Source: Camelus dromedarius (Eukaryota). From it: a stretch of DNA of 64,000 bases. The translations under genes and the position numbers were made by a program. The stretch is taken from the NCBI RefSeq assembly GCF_036321535.1, contig NC_087472.1, positions 77,314,001 through 77,378,000 on the forward strand, written 5' to 3'. Every line of letters begins with the position of its first letter. Position 1 is the stretch's first letter. The notes below the pieces were generated by a model that made no database searches, was not told the origin of the DNA, and was given only the letters and a program-made list of their open reading frames with translations. Below are positions 63,197-64,000 of this stretch, in pieces.

Positions 63197-63379
63197 AGCT
63201 GGCCCCTTGCCTCCCTCCTTCCCCAGTCTCTCATTACCCTGTTGGCCAGGCCGGCCTCCCTGAACACAGAAGGAAAAGTCTGTGTGTGTACTAGAGGCCT
63301 GCTGCCTCTCCCTTCCTCCTTTCATCATTTTTGGAAGCATTAACAAGTGAACAAGTACTCGGATTCTGGGATTATCTGA

Positions 63380-63800
63380 ATGAGACGAGGAGCAGAGGGA
63401 ACAGGAAATGGAGAAATCCTGAGAGTAGACTCTGCCTGGAGTGTTTGAGGAACACCAGGGAGACCAGTGGAGCTGGAGTGAGGGGTATGGGTAGTTGATG
63501 AAGTCAGAAGTCAGCCACAGTGAGGACTTTGGCTTTTACTCTGAGTGAGTTGAGAGCCATGGGAGGGCTCTGAGCAGAGAAGGGACAAGACTTATGATTT
63601 GACAGGCTCTTTCTGGCTGCTATGAGCAGAACTAGTGAGCAAAGGTGGAGGCAAGGAGACCAGCAGTCCAGGCTAGAGAGGATGGAGGCTCAGGCCAGAG
63701 CAGTAGGAGTGAGGTCAGGAAGGACAGAGAGGGTTTAGTGAGAGATGGCAGAGCAGGGTGAATGCTCCTAATGGCAGTGATGACCCAAACACTGGCATGG
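63380..63800 (-). mobile_element. LINE-2 fragment
   Basis: gaggactttggcttttactctgagtgagttgagagccatgggagggctctgagcagag; boundaries approximate. Confidence 0.6.
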
Positions 63801-64000
63801 TGGCAGGAAATGGCATGGGAGCAGGTGTGGTGTGTGTCCATCAGTGAGGCAACTTGTGGTGTGTTTGCAACAAATATAAAGAATTGAAGGACTGATGATG
63901 GGAGGTGATAACACGAGAAGTGAGGGGTGTGTCCACAGAAGTAACCAAGTCTGTTTTTCATACCCATGGACCCTACTTTTCACTCTTTACTCACAATTTT

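Overview
Mammalian genomic DNA from the conserved X-linked (human Xp11.23-like) block; five tRNA-derived SINE copies suggest a camelid. Gene order: CACNA1F (+, exons 4-48, 5' end outside the window), SYP (+), PRICKLE3 (+), PLP2 (-), MAGIX (-), GPKOW (+, first exons only). I mapped all exons by hand from splice sites and reading frame. Comparisons to human proteins are from memory, not from a database search. Three N gaps fall on coding exons. The most unusual structure is a ~5.2 kb inverted duplication (arms 55455-57388 and 58663-60678, ~99.7% identical outside one G-rich patch, 1274 bp spacer). It places a second copy of the MAGIX promoter and exons 1-2 on the + strand, pointing at GPKOW. That copy has its own in-frame stop and a downstream AATAAA, is phase-compatible with GPKOW exon 3, and creates a convergent pair of CTCF-like motifs. 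An assembly artefact cannot be excluded from sequence alone. Other notable items are a U12-type and a GC-AG intron in CACNA1F, an RE1 site, a CRE palindrome and a CCAAT array in SYP introns, a probable antisense 3' overlap of PRICKLE3 and PLP2, and an ETS-IRF/AP-1 motif cluster upstream of PLP2.
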